Shown here one piece after another: positions 36,368 through 59,740 of a stretch of DNA of 64,000 nt; within the stretch, counting starts at the first letter, position 1; every line of letters starts with the position of its first letter. The position numbers were made by a program, and so were the translations under genes. The notes beneath the pieces are model-generated. The model had not been told where the DNA came from. It saw nothing but the letters and a program-made list of their open reading frames with translations, and made no database searches. This stretch comes from Eledone cirrhosa (Eukaryota). The DNA is taken from NCBI GenBank assembly GCA_964016885.1, contig OZ024761.1, forward strand, positions 5,146,001-5,210,000. The letters are read 5' to 3'.

Positions 36368-37037
36368 GGGTAACTGAGTGCTTTTTTATCGTCACCAGTA
36401 TGACCATTTTACAAGGTAGACTGGGTGCTTTTTTCTTGTGTCACCAACATGCCAAGGACATAGTATCTTCAATAGTGTTGGTGCTACAATAAAAAATCAC
36501 AACCATCTTGCTCGTGGTCTATCCCTAGGTCTCCAGCCAGTTGGTTTTGCCTGTAAAATCTGGCCAGTGATTCTTTACTGAGACATTCTAACCACATGCC
36601 CATGCTATAGGTGCTGTGATCTCTTAATTCAGAGAAGTAGTAGCTCTAACTGGAGTAACGCTGGATTAACCATTAAACAAAATAAGTAAATAAGTAGGGC
36701 CTTAAGTAAAGAAGAACTCCATAGGGTTTTTTTTGTCAGGACAGTATACGTTTCTTTCCCATATACAGTACATTAGCAACCCATAAATTTGTCAGTTCTT
36801 TGGACATTTTAGTCATGTTACTATGTACATTGTGTTGTATCTTTAGTGGGTTGGGTCACAGCCATAATGATATACCCAGAAGGTCATAATACCCTTACTA
36901 TACAACTGGTCTTCATGGTATCAGTTTTAACTGGAAAATAAATGGAAATACAAGACAGAAAAAATATTATTCAGTGATATTTATTCAATAATGTTTGAGG
37001 TATCAAGTTCAATTTTCTCTCAACTGGTTTCAACAAT

Positions 37038-46075
<9,038 letters not shown>

Positions 46076-46140
46076 GATTGAGCTGTGAGATGTTTCTAAC
46101 ACTGAAAACATCAATGGTACATCTAGATCACTGGGCCTTC

Positions 46141-46147
46141 TTTTATA
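46141..46147 (-). promoter_or_regulatory. TATA box of gene A (TATAAAA)
   Basis: GCTATAAAAG about 66 bp upstream of the ATG. Conserved in the duplicate at 48976-48982. Confidence 0.7.
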
Positions 46148-46933
46148 GCTTTAACACTGCACTGTCTCTCTGCAAATTCTAATCTTTTATTTCTATTATA
46201 TCTATTGATGCCACATGGTGGCACATACAATGGATGTCTGCACCGTTGTCAACAATTGTATTAAAACACCTGCAACTATTGTTGGAACACGGCAGATCAT
46301 ACAATGGTAATCAAAGACATCAGGTAGGATATCTTTTATTAGGTGCAGCTATGACAAAGAAAACGCAGCCGTTTATGGCAATGAAAAAGATTTGTAAATT
46401 TTAAAATTTGAATTAAACATTTCAGCTGGAGGTTTCAGTGACTTTCTTTGAAATTGTTGTTGTTGGTGTTTTTGTGGTTGTTGTTGGTGTTGTTGTGGTT
46501 GTTGTTGTTGATGTTGTGGTTGTGGTTGCTGTTATTGTTGTTGTGGTTGTGGTTGCTGTTGTTGTTGTTGTTGTTGTTGTTGCTGTTGTTGTTGTGGTGG
46601 TAGTTGTTGTTGTTGGTGTTGATGTTGTGGTTGTTGTTGTTGTTGTTGTTGTTGGTGTTGGTGTTGTGGTTGTGCAATGCTCAACAATGATGACACCTGG
46701 CAATATACATACATATACACATACATACATACACAACAACACCAACACCAACTACAACAACCACAACCACAAAAACAACAACAGCAACAACAACCACAAA
46801 CAACAACAACAACAACCACAACAACAACTACAACAACAACAACTACAACAACAACAACAGCAACCACAACCACAACAACAACTACAACAACCACAACCAC
46901 AACCACAACAACAACAGCAACCACAACCACAAC

Positions 46934-46989
<56 letters not shown>

Positions 46990-47049
46990 CGTTTCTGAAT
47001 TTGTTTAGCAAGATTCTTTATCTGAAAACGTGTGTTGAAACCGATATTT

Positions 47050-48605
47050 TTATACTTTGGGAGGGTCATGTTGCCAATAAGAAACACATGCACCAGTTGC
47101 TTTCACTTCAATTTATTATAAATTAAATTTATAAATTTAGGAATTTATAAATTTACGGTTGGTTGATTGGTTCCACAACCAGATGGTTGTTCATATATTG
47201 TCAAAGTTCTTTCGTCACACATTCTTTGACCTCTTAAGTGACTGGGGATTCTTTTCTTTGTTTTTGTGTCTCTCCTTTGTTCTGTCCTACGCCATCTTGT
47301 TTTTGTGTGTGTTGTGTGCTTAGTTTGCGCATGTGTTACATCCGGGTGTCTGTGTGTGTTTATATTTGTTTATTTATTTGTTTATTTACATGTTACTGGT
47401 TGGTTGTTTGTTCTATGTATGTGTGTGTTTTCATTTTGTCCTTAATTGTAAGTTGTGATGTTGCTATTCCATTCATGCTTTCTATTTAATTTTGGTTGGA
47501 GTTCATTTATGTTTATTGCCTCTGTGATTTGTCTAAACATTGCGTCTTTTCTGTGTGTAGATTCTATTTTTATTTCTATGTTCTTTTATTTACCCTTATG
47601 TTCTATTTTAGCATGTTGGTAGAGTACAGATGATTCTTTACTATCTTGAAACTCTCGCCAGTGTTCATTTATCCGTTCTCCTATACTACGAACTGTCTCA
47701 CCTATGTACACTATATTCATATCTCTACATTGTCCTTCAGTACATCTTATGCTATATACTACATTTCTAGTTTTACAGTTAATATGGGGGCTTAGTTTAC
47801 AGATTATACATTTCTTATCTATACAGGGAGGTCTTTGGATATTAAGATAGTAGAAAGACCAGGTACCTCCATAAAAACACTTATTAGCAATACATATCCC
47901 TTTTCAAAGACCTCCCTGTATAGATAAGAAATGTATAATCTGTAAACTAAGCCCCCATATTAACTGTAAAACTAGAAATGTAGCATATAGCATAAGATGT
48001 ACTGAAGGACAATGTAGAGATAAGAATATAGTGTACATAGGTGAGACAGCTCGTAGTATAGGAGTAAATTAAAGAACATAGAAATAAAAATAGAATCTAC
48101 ACACAGAAAAAAAGCAATGTTTAGACAAATCACAGAGGCAATAAACATAAATGAACTCCAACCAAAATTAAATAGAAAGCATGAATGGAATAACAACATC
48201 ACAACTTACAATTAAGGACAAAATGAAAACACTCAGACACATAGAACAAATAACCAACCAGTAACATGTAAATAAACAAATAAATAAACAAATATAAACA
48301 CACACAGACACCCGGATGTAACACATGCGCAAACTAAGCACACAACACACACAAAAACAAGATGGCGTAGGACAGAACAAAGGAGAGGCACAGAAACAAA
48401 GAAAAGAATCCCCAGTCACTGAAGAGGTCACAGAATGTGTGACGAAAGAACTTTGACAATATATGAACAATCGTCTGGTTGTGGAACCAACCAACCAACC
48501 GTAAATTTATAAATTTCTAAATTTCTAAATTTAATTTATAATAAATTGAAGTGAAAGCAACTAGTGCGTGTGTTTCTTATTGGCAACATGACCCTCCCAA
48601 AGTAT

Positions 48606-48607
<2 letters not shown>
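47050..48607. mobile_element. Fold-back of a non-coding Penelope-like element (arms 47050-47837 / 47905-48607)
   Basis: Long inverted repeat with a 67-bp spacer, a hammerhead motif in each arm, and outer ends near (TA)n. Confidence 0.7.
48415..48457 (+). ncRNA. Minimal type I hammerhead ribozyme motif (fourth family)
   Basis: Stem I GUCA/UGAC; CUGAAGA(G); stem II GUCACA/UGUGAC; GAAAG-AA-CUU with cleavage after 48453. The mirror copy at 47200-47242 has a mutated core (CUUAAGA). Confidence 0.72.
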
Positions 48608-48653
<46 letters not shown>

Positions 48654-48885
48654 CCAGGTGTCATCCTTCTCCAAGCATTGTAATAGAAAAAGTATCAACA
48701 ATAACAATAACAACAACAAATTTCAAGAAAATGCCAGCAGTTTCACACGTCAGAATATAATTCATGTTCTATGGATCTTTTAAATATATATTCTATTCTA
48801 CAAATCTTTTTCAAACCAATACAAATGGTGTCTTTAGGAATAGATCAGTTTATTTGTAAAATACGTTGGCCTAAAATTCCTGTTT

Positions 48886-49341
48886 AGACATCCATTGTAT
48901 GTGCCACCATGTGGCATCAATAGATATAATAGAAATAAAAGATTAGAATTTGCAGAGACAGTGCAGTGTTAAAGCTATAAAAGAAGGCCCAGTGATCTAG
49001 GTGTACCATTGATGTTTTCAGTGTTAGAAACATCTCACAGCTCAATCATGTTCGCTATATTTTGCTTGGCAATCGCTCTTCCTCTCAGCTTTGCTGGTAA
49101 ACTATCAATACTCTATATTATTGATAATTTTCAATACATTAACACAATTTTATATCTAGATTTTAGAATCAATATTTTATATCAGAAATAAGGAAATATT
49201 TCATAGAGTCAGCCTAAAGTATTTAATTGTCTTAAAATAATTGTTTCTACGTTAGGCACAAGGCCAGCAATTACCAGTGCATTACTGGTACTTTAATTTT
49301 CTTAAAATAATACCATCAAACAGATACAAAATCTCTCCAAG
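48886..49341 (+). pseudogene. Inverted duplicate of gene A promoter, exon 1 (49048-49096) and intron 1 start; no downstream exons found
   Basis: Near-identical reverse complement of 45831-46239, with TATA (48976), ATG and donor intact. Confidence 0.8.
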
Positions 49342-52285
49342 AAACATTAGTTTATATCAACACACACCACAACACAACCACCACTACACCACAACACCAC
49401 CACCACTACACCATCAACACCACTATACCCCAACACCACTACACCACCAACATACCGCTACACCACTACACCACTATCAGACCACTACACCACCACCACA
49501 CCACTAACAGACCACTACATCACCACTACACCACTATACCACTATACCACTATACCACCAACAAGGACATACCCCTACATCACCACACCACCACAACACT
49601 ACACCACTAACATACCACCACACCACTACACCAACACCATACCACCACACAACCCATCACCTCACCACACCACTACACCACTACACCAACACACCACTAT
49701 ACCACCAGGAACAACAACACACCACGCCACCACACCACCACCATCACCATGACACCACGACACCACTACCACCACCACACCTCACCACCACCATACCACC
49801 ACCACCACACCACCACCACCACACCACCACTACACTACCACTACACCGCCACCACCACACCACACCACCACCACACAACTACACCACCACCACACCACCA
49901 CACACACCACACCACCACCACCACCCACACCACCACACCACCAGCACACCACAACACCACCACACTACCACACCACACCACCACACCACCACTACACCAC
50001 CACACCACCACACCCCCCACCACACTACAACACCCCCACCACACTACCACACCACCACACCACCACACCACAACCACCACCACACACCACAACACCACCA
50101 CCACACCACCACACCACCACCACACCACAACACCACCACCACACTACCACACCACACCACAACACCACCACCACATTACCACACCACCACACTACCACAC
50201 CACAACCACCACCACACCACAACACCACCACCACACCACCACACCACCACCACACCACAACACCACCACCACACTACCACACCACACCACAACACCACCA
50301 CCACATTACCACACCACCACACCACCACACCACCCACACCACCACCACACCACCACACCACAACACCACCACACCACCACCACACCACCACACGACCACC
50401 ACACCACAACACCACCACCATACCACACCACCACCACCACCACACCACCACACCACCACACCACCACACCACCACACTACCACACCACCACCACACCACC
50501 ACCACACTACACCACACTACCACCACCACACCATTACATCACCACCACACCACCACACCACCACACCACAACACCACCACACCACCACACTACCACACCA
50601 CCACCACACCACCACCACCACACCACTACATCACCACCACACCACCACACCACCACACCACCACACCACCACACTATCACACTACCACACCACCACCACA
50701 CCCCCACCACCACACCATCACCACCACACCACCACACCACCACACCACACCACACCACACCACCACCACACTACCACACCACCACCACCACACCACAACA
50801 CCACCACCACACCACCACCACATCACCGCACCACAACACCACCACACGACCACCACACCACAACACCACCACCATACCACACCACCACCACCACCACCAC
50901 ACCACCACCACACCACCACACTACCACACCACCACCACACCACCACCACACCACACCACCACCACCACACCACTACATCACCACCACACCACAACACCAC
51001 CACACCATCACACTACCACACCACCACCACACCCCCACCATCACACCATCACCACCAAACCACCACACCACCACACCACACCACACCACACCAACACCAC
51101 ACCACCACCACCACCACCACCACACCACCACACCACCACCACACCACAACACCACCACCACACCACCACACCACTACCACACCACCACACCACTACCACA
51201 CCACCACCACACCACCACACCACCACCACACCACCACCACACCACAACACCACCACCACCACACCACAACACCACCACACCACCACACCACAACACCACA
51301 CCACAACACCACCACATTACCACACCACCACACCACCACACCACCACCACACCACCACCACACCACCACACCACCACACCACCACACCACACCACCACCA
51401 CACCACCACACCACCACCACACCACAACACCACCACCACACTACCACACCACCACACCACCACACCACAACAACACCACCCCACCACCACACCACCACCA
51501 CACCACAACACCACCACTATACCACACCACCACCACCACTACACCACCACACCACCACACTACCACACCACCACCACCACACCACCACACCACAACACCA
51601 CCACACCACCACACCACCACCACCACACCACTACATCACCAACACACCACCACACCACCACCACCACACCACCACACCACCACAACACCACCACCACCAC
51701 ACCACCACCGCACCACAACACCACAACACCACCATACTACTACACCACCACCACACCACCACCACCACACCACCACCACCACACCACTACATCACCACCA
51801 CACCACTACACCACCACCACACCACCACACCACCACAACACCACCACCACACTACCACACCACCACCACACCACCACACCACCACCACCACCACACCACC
51901 ACCACACTACCATCACACTACCACACCATCACCACGACCACCACACCACACACCACCACAACACCACCACCACACTACCACACCACCACCACACCACCAC
52001 ACCACCACCACCACCACTACACCACCACACCACCACTACACCAACACACCACCACCACACCACCACACCACCACACCACAACACCACCACCACACCACCA
52101 CACCACAACACCACCACCACTGCACCACCACCACACTACCACACCACCACCATACTACCACCACACTACCACACCACCACCACCACCACACCACCACCAC
52201 CACACTACCACCACACCACCACCACCACACCACCACCACCACACTACCACCACACTACCACACCACCACCACCACCACACCAACA
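49342..52285. repeat. (CAC/CA)n low-complexity tract
   Basis: Direct inspection. The 901-aa ORF is an artefact. Confidence 0.95.
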
Positions 52286-52663
52286 ATATAGCTACATTAT
52301 ATATAAGTCGCAGTGGATTGGCAGTATTGGTAGAGGGTTGGACGCCATGCTTTGTAGCATAGAGTTACGTCCCTTTACAGTCAGAGTTCAAATCCCGCCG
52401 AGGTCAGTAATTACCTCAATGTATTACTGGTACTTTATTTTATTGATCCCATAAGGTTGAAAGGCAAAGTTAACCTCAGTGGAATTTCAACTCAGAACGT
52501 AAATGGCCATAATTCTATGCTACCAAAGTATGGTGTCTGACACTCTACCAATATGGTCACTCAACTGCCCAGTAATATATTTTGATCAGCCAGGCAACTC
52601 TTGCAATTTTCCACTATGTTTACACAACTCAACATATTCACAACAAAGGAGGCCACTCTTTCT

Positions 52664-53450
52664 ACAGATGTTTACAATCACTATAATGTAGCCTATACAA
52701 TAATATACACCCTCTTTATATATACAGGTGTTTACAATCACTATAATGTAGCCTATACAATAATATACACCCTCTTTATATATACAGGTGTTTACAATCA
52801 CTATAATGTAGCCTACACAATAATATACACCCTCTTTATATTTACAGGTGTATACAATCATTATAATGTAGCCTACACAATAATATACACCCTCTTTATA
52901 TATACAGGTGTTTACAGTCACTATAATGTAGCCTACACAATAATATACACCCTCTTTATATATACAGGTGTTTACAATCACTATAATGTAGCCTACACAA
53001 TAATATACACCCTCTTTATATATACAGGTGTTTACAATCAGTATAATGTAGCCTACACAATAATATACACCCTCTTTATATATACAGGTATTTACAATCA
53101 CTATAATGTAGCCTACACAATAATATACACCCTCTTTATATATACAGGAGTTTACAATCAGTATAATGTAGCCTACACAATAATATACACCCTCTTTATA
53201 TATACAGGTGTTTACAATCAGTATAATGTAGCCTACACAATAATATACACCCTCTTTATATATACAGGTGTTTACAATCAGTATAATGTAGCCTACACAA
53301 TAATATACACCCTCTTTATATATACAGGTGTTTACAATCACTATAATGTAGCCTACACAATAATATACACCCTCTTTATATATACAGGTGTTTACAATCA
53401 GTATAATGTAGCCTACACAATAATATACACCCTCTTTATATATACAGGTG
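52664..53450. repeat. 60-bp tandem repeat, 13 copies
   Basis: Exact 60-bp line periodicity. Confidence 0.97.
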
Positions 53451-54759
53451 CTGACAATCTATAAAATAAGGACTAGGTGCTTTTTGTCGTGACACCTATA
53501 TGTCCACTTTACAGTGGGAGGAGCTGGTGACATACTGTCTATATGCTTCAGCTTCGGCTTGTACCCATAATGCCTCAGTCCAGTGTCATCGCCTTTCAGG
53601 GCTGCACTTAGGCATATTTAATAATATACTGTATGTTTATTTAAAAATATTTTGAAGACCTTTCACTATAAATTATCAGGTAGTGACCAATGTCACATAT
53701 CTAGCTTCCTTTGTCTTTTCTGAAGCACAGTATGTCACCAGTCACTACTGTCAAATTTATAGTGAAAGGCCTTCAAAATGTTTCTAAATAAACATACATT
53801 ATATTATTAAATATACAATACATACATTCAAATATACACTATATACACTATTTCAGAACACCAACACAAATTTCTATATATTTTTATATATATGTTTAAA
53901 TTTGTTGTTCATTATTCTGTAATTTTTATCTTTGATTAATTGAATAAATTTCTTTCACTGTAACCTCGCTGAACTTTTTTAAAGGTGTTTGTGGAGCTCT
54001 TTTGTCATTAAAGGTATTGAGCTGCTTGTTTCTTGTTTAAAGTAATTTTAATTTTGATTATTACGAGTTTCTTATCTTATATATAAGAGGACCTGTTGAG
54101 TTGCATAGAATAAACCAAAAGCATCAAAATTATCTTTAACCCTTTGGCATTTAAGCCAGCTGTATCCAGTCAGAATTCTCTTACCTCTTTCTATTTAAAC
54201 TGGCTGTTACTGGCCACTCATACTGATGTTAAGTTATTGTTCTCAAAATAAATAACTTCAAAATCTCATAGATTCAATATTATGTGAGGTAATTATATGA
54301 TATAAAGTGTTTACTATGAAAATACAATATATAGAGTTAAAGGTTAAAAGACTACTAAAATTGAACAGCCATCTATGAAAACATTTGAATTGACCAAAAA
54401 TGACAAATGTTGAGGGGCAATGGTGACAAAGTGTTTAAGGTCAACATCCCATTACACAAACTTACTAATCCTAGTATGGAGAATATGTTGAGTTGTTTAG
54501 TGTAAACATAGTTGAAAATTGCAAGAGTTGCCTGGCTGATCAAAATATATTACTGGGCAGTGGAGTGACCGTATTGGTAGAGTGTCAGACACCATACTTT
54601 GGTAGCATAGAGTTATGGCCATTTACGTTCTGAGTTGAAATTCGACTGAGGTTAACTTTGCCTTTCAACCTTACGGGATCAATAAAATAAAGTACCAGTA
54701 ATACATTGAGGTAATTGCTGACCTTGTGCCAAAAGTAGAGACAATTATTAATTGTTGAT

Positions 54760-56340
54760 GAAAGTGAGATAGATGACAAACAATTGTTAATGTAGTTATT
54801 GGTTCAGTTAAAAATCCTCCAAAAACCTTCATAATAGACTTTTTCTCACTCTAATAACCTCTGCCGTAGTCATAGATCAAATTATCAATGATTTGCTAAG
54901 AAATATGGCTGTTCCAAAAGAAAATGTTCTAATATTGTCTGCTACGGCTTGGTATATAATAGCTCCTGGAGAAACAGTGCAAGTTATCTCCCCTAAGCTC
55001 TTCCATGTAACCTGATTCTCTCACTTACTACACAGCTGCAGTAGATTGTCTGATTGTCACCATCATGGCTGCTACTGTAAACAAACACTGTTGAGAGTAT
55101 TCAAAACATTTGGATATCCACCTCAGTCAATTGGGACCAAGTGAGGTAGCTGGTGAGATACCTGAAATTACTATGTTAAGAACCTTAAGGAAGTTACAGA
55201 AATCATAGAGAGTTCTGAGGACAAAGGAATTTTGGTGCAGAGAGCAAAAGAATCTGCATGAAATCCTGAGATCAGAAGTTACATCACCCAAATCTGTTCA
55301 AACTATCTGTAGTTGAAATCCTGAGATCAGAAGTAACCTCACCCAAATATGTTCAAACTATCTGTAGTTGAAATCCTGAGATCAGGAGTAACCTCACCCA
55401 AATCTGATCAAACTATCTGTAGTTGAAATCCTGAGATTAGGAGTAACCTCACCCAAATATGTTCAAACTATCTGTAGTTGAAATCCTGAGATCAGAATAA
55501 CCATCACCCAAATCTGATCAAACTATCTGTAGTTGAAATCCTGTGATCAGGAGTAACCCCACCCAAATCTGTTTAAACTATCTGTAGTTGAAATACTGAG
55601 ATTAGGAGTAACCCCACCCAAATCTGTTTAAACTATCTGTAGTTGAAATCCTGAGATTAGGAGTAACCCCACCCAAATCTGTTTAAACTATCTGTAGTTG
55701 AAATCCTGTGATCAGGAGTAACCTCACCCAAATATGTTCAAACTATCTATAGTTGAAATCCTGTGATCAGGAGTAACCCCACCCAAATCTGTTTAAACTA
55801 TCTGTAGTTGAAATAATTGTTTCTATATTTGGCACAAGGCCAGTAATTATCCAGTGTATTACTGGTGCATTATTCTATCGACCCCGTAAGGATGAAAAGC
55901 AAAGTTAACCTCCGCGGGATTTGAATTCAGACCATAAAGGGACGTAACTCTTTGCTGAAAACCATGGCGTCCAACCCTCTACCGATACTGCCAATTGGTG
56001 CAGAGGGCGAAAGAATCTGCATGAAATCCTGGGATCAGAAGTAACCCCACCCAAATCTGTTCAAATTATCTGTAGTTGAAATCCTGAGATCAGGAATAAC
56101 CCCACCCAAATATGTTCAAACAATCTCTAGTTGAAATTTACCAAAGACCCATGTTGCACTATGAATTACATTGACTTTAGATTCAATAAAACCAAAATCA
56201 ATTCCATAATTCTACACCAAATTTCACCCAGGGAATATGTAGATCTGAGACAATGTCAAGTAACATCAGATGTTGTAGAATACAATTTTACGATGCTGAA
56301 AAACAATCCTTGCAAAAGACAGGAATTTTTTGTACTATAA
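54760..56340 (+). mobile_element. Highly decayed hAT/CGGBP-like transposase relic, split by a satellite and a SINE
   Basis: ENVLILSATAWYIIAPGETVQVISPKLFHVT*FSHLLH and VTSDVVEYNFTMLK resemble hAT DAAxY..HVTCxxH and TSxDVERSFS motifs. Confidence 0.5.
55260..55813. repeat. 55-bp tandem repeat, about 10 copies (2 more at 56022-56135)
   Basis: GAAATCCTGAGATCAGGAGTAACC...TGTAGTT periodicity. Confidence 0.95.
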
Positions 56341-56834
56341 TAAATTTCCACAATAGTTATTTTTTTAAATTGTTTGATAATATATAAAAAGTAGAGTGAA
56401 CTCCCTAATATTTATGGGATTAATAATAATAATAATAATAATGTTAAAATCACATTAAAGTTTTTAAAAAAAGGTTAAAATTATGTCATTTTTTAGGTTA
56501 AAAAAACTACCTTCTCTTTCAAAAGAGTGACACTCTCTTTGTTAATAGATAACATTTAATTTTAATGAATTGTTTTTATTATTTGAGTTCCCACCAAGGT
56601 TGACTTTGTGTTTTATAACTACGATATCGATAAAACAAAAGTACCTGTAATACACTGGTGGATTTGATCAACTTTCTCCCCTCCAAAATTGTGGCCTTGT
56701 GTCCAGATCAAAAACCATTATTTAGATTAAATATGGTGGTAGAATGGCAGAATCGTTAGGGCATCGGACAACATGCTTTGAGTCATTTGTTCTTGCCCTT
56801 AGATGTTTCTTTAGAATTAGAAACTGGACTATAT

Positions 56835-58436
56835 AGGTCTTTCTATAAACCTGGTGTATATCTGTACTATGTAGACAGAACCTTTATCTATCCTACAACT
56901 AGGTCTTTCTATAAACCTGGTGTATATCTTTACTATGTAGACAAAACCTTTATCTGTCCTACAACTAGGTCTTTCTATAAACCTGGTGTATATCTGTACT
57001 ATGTAGATAGAACCTTTATCTATTCTACAACTAGGTCTTTCTATAAACCTGGTGTATATCTGTACTATGTAGAGAGAACCTTTATCTGTCCTACAACTAG
57101 GTCTTTCTATAAACCTGGTATATATCTTTACTATGTTGATAGAACCTTTATCTATCCAACAACGAGGTCTTTCTATAAACCTGGTATATATCTTTACTAT
57201 GTAGATAGAACCTTTATCTGTCCTACAATGAGGTCTTTCTATAAACCTGGTATATATCTTTACTATGTAGATAGAACCTTTATCTATCATACAAACAGGT
57301 CTTTCTATAAACCTGGTATATATCTTTACTATGTTGATAGAACCTTTATATGTGCTCAGGTGCTCACAGTCTTCTGGCAAACGGACCCGGCAATCAGTGG
57401 AGACTCCACTTCGACATTCTATAGAGGGTTGGTCTGCAGCAAGTGCGACGACATGCTTGGAGAAACCCTAGGTGTAGAGGAGGACGAACTGGCCAGTCTG
57501 TTCGGTAGGCCCTTCTGCCCGGGACCAATGGACAACTTCCAAAAGTCCCTGGCCTGGCAGTGCTACCGAGGAGCTCTACCAGTTCGAGACAAGCTCTACA
57601 GACACGGGCGCCTGGGTAGGGACCCTTCGAAAAAGATCTGTCCGAGATGCGTGCGCGACGAGGAAACCATCGGGCACGCATTTGTACACTGCCTGGGCGT
57701 TACCGAACTGTGGGGCTATGTAGAACGACTATTGTCGCGGGTGGGACCAATCCGGTTGACCACCGAGTCCATTGTCATGATCAAACCGCCACACTCCTTC
57801 AAAAACGAGGGAGAGGCGGTTTTCCTATGTGTTATGGCTATGGTGAAAGAGATTATATGGTGGACGAGGTTAAAAGGGCTGAGGTCAGACACCTTTCTCT
57901 CCGGCGAGCAACTGATTCGTTTTTTCAAATATCATTTTGGAACAAGAATCAGTATGGAGGGAGAGGTGCTGTACCCCAGCAAATTTTATAAAAGGTGGGT
58001 GAATGTGGCAAAGATGGCCCGAGTGGTTGGGCCTTCTCTTTATATAAGCCTGTAGGTTGGGGAAAAAGAGGAAGAGAGGAAGGGAGTACTCACTCTTGGT
58101 GCTCCTGGAGATGAGGGTTGTACATTTTTTCGGAGTGTGTACAACCCCTGTGTAACACCTCCCCCATGTTGGGGATATCAATTGTTATTTGTTATTTTAT
58201 TAATAGTTTTATTTTCATATACCTGTATGTAAACTCCCCATTTGTATTTGTCCCCTTCTTTTGTGCCCTTGCGGCTAATAAAGAAATTTATCTATCCTAC
58301 AACAAGGTCTCTCTATAAACCTGGTGTATATCTTTACTATATAGATAGAACCTTTATCTATCCTACAACTAGGTGTCTCTATAAACCTAGTATATATCTT
58401 TACTATATAGATAGAACCTTTATCTATCCTACAACT
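56835..58436. repeat. 66-bp tandem repeat interrupted by an L1/Tx1 fragment
   Basis: Units at 56835-57348 resume at about 58287-58436. Confidence 0.93.
57349..58286 (+). mobile_element. 5'-truncated copy of the L1/Tx1 element (C-terminal Zn finger and 3' UTR)
   Basis: Aligns with 17410-18352. Confidence 0.93.
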
Positions 58437-58520
58437 TTATCTAACCAACACTCTTATTTCAATTCAGCCTCACTCTTATTTGTAATAAATTTTAATTTCA
58501 TATATTAAATCCTTAATATG

Positions 58521-58586
58521 TCATCTGATGAACAAAACAGACATTTCTGTTTGAATCGTCTAACTTTGTGAAACCTTGGATAATGG
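58521..58586 (+). ncRNA. Hammerhead-like motif (fifth family, imperfect stem III)
   Basis: UCAU/AUGG stem I; CUGAUGA; ACAAA/UUUGU stem II with extension; GAAA-CCUUGG-AUA. Confidence 0.5.
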
Positions 58587-58827
58587 AATAATTATATTGT
58601 GCTGTTTATTACGTAATTATATATATACACAGCCTTCAAGCCTACACCCTAGTCTGTACTGTGATCAAATCTATTCATAAGGCACCTATTGTCATTTGTC
58701 TTAATATCAATTTTCCTTGAAATAAAACATTCATAACATCATTTTAAAAATTTATTTATAATATCTAAATACAGAAAGTAATAAAGAAAATAACAGAAAA
58801 ATGTATTCTATGGAAATTATAAAACAT

Positions 58828-59740
58828 TTACAGAACTTCAGTATATAAAATGTTGGTAACTTTTTTCTTTGGAGCATATATGAAGAGTTTGTTGGGCTTT
58901 CCTAGTCTGGAATAACTTACATACAATGGACTATGTAAGAAACATCTCTCTTCTAGATGGAGACTGACAACCTGCAGGGTTTGATCTTGGGACTTGTTAA
59001 TGGTCATTATGTAAGGGCGGTGGATTGGCAGTATCGGTAGAGGGTCGGACGCCATGCTTTCAAGCATAGTTACGTCCCTTTACAATCTGAGTTCAAATCC
59101 CGCCGAGGTTGACTTTGCCTTTCACCCTTACGGGGTCGATAAAATAAAGTACCAGTAATGCACTGGGTAATTGCTGGCCTTGTGCCTAAAGTAGAAACAA
59201 TTATGTAACTGACTCTCACTGGGAATGGCATCATTTGAAATGGAAGGGGACATCTGTTGGTATTATCGGTACTCTAGAACATCTCTTGGTATTATCAGTA
59301 TTCTAGGACATCTGTTGGTATTATCAATACTCTAGGACATCTGTTGGTATTATCGTTACTCTAGAACATCTGTTGGTATTATCAGTATTCTAGGACATCT
59401 GTTGGTATTATCATTACTCTAGGACATCTGTTGGTATTATTGGTACTCTGGGACATCTGTTGGTATTATAGGTATTCTAGGACATCTGTTGGTATTATCG
59501 GTATTCTAGGTACAAATACAATGTCTCCCTACAACATCCAGTGAGGATTTTGGCTCCGATAATGTGAGGCTGGATCACAACTATGTGTCCCAATGCACAA
59601 TCTTGGCTGATCCAGGTTTCTGAGAAACATGATGACTGTGGAGTTCTTCAATTCAAGGTTGTGTGGTAACATACTGGATAGTTCCAGACTGTTGAGAAAT
59701 TGGGGTAATGATTGCTCTTTCATACAACCTTTCATCAAAG
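58828..59740 (-). mobile_element. Helitron Pif1-like helicase C-terminal relic, interrupted by a SINE and a 29-bp repeat
   Basis: FLNSLE..PHNLELK..IMFLRNLD..LC; PRIPIIPTD; MTINKSQDQT; LYVSYSR; NILYTEVL*. Confidence 0.85.
59015..59199 (+). mobile_element. Full-length SINE family 1 with a 9-bp TSD
   Basis: ATTATGTAA at 59006-59014 and 59200-59208. Confidence 0.9.

Noticed and set aside
49749-52454. 901-aa His/Thr/Pro ORF
   Set aside because: Translation of a CAC low-complexity tract that mirrors gene A intron 1.
52586-53464. 20-aa repeat ORFs on both strands
   Set aside because: A 60-bp satellite with no protein hallmarks.
56778-58055. 425-aa ORF fusing 22-aa repeats to an L1 zinc-finger C-terminus
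   Set aside because: Chance in-frame L1 insertion into a 66-bp satellite, with a TTG start and no splice or promoter support.
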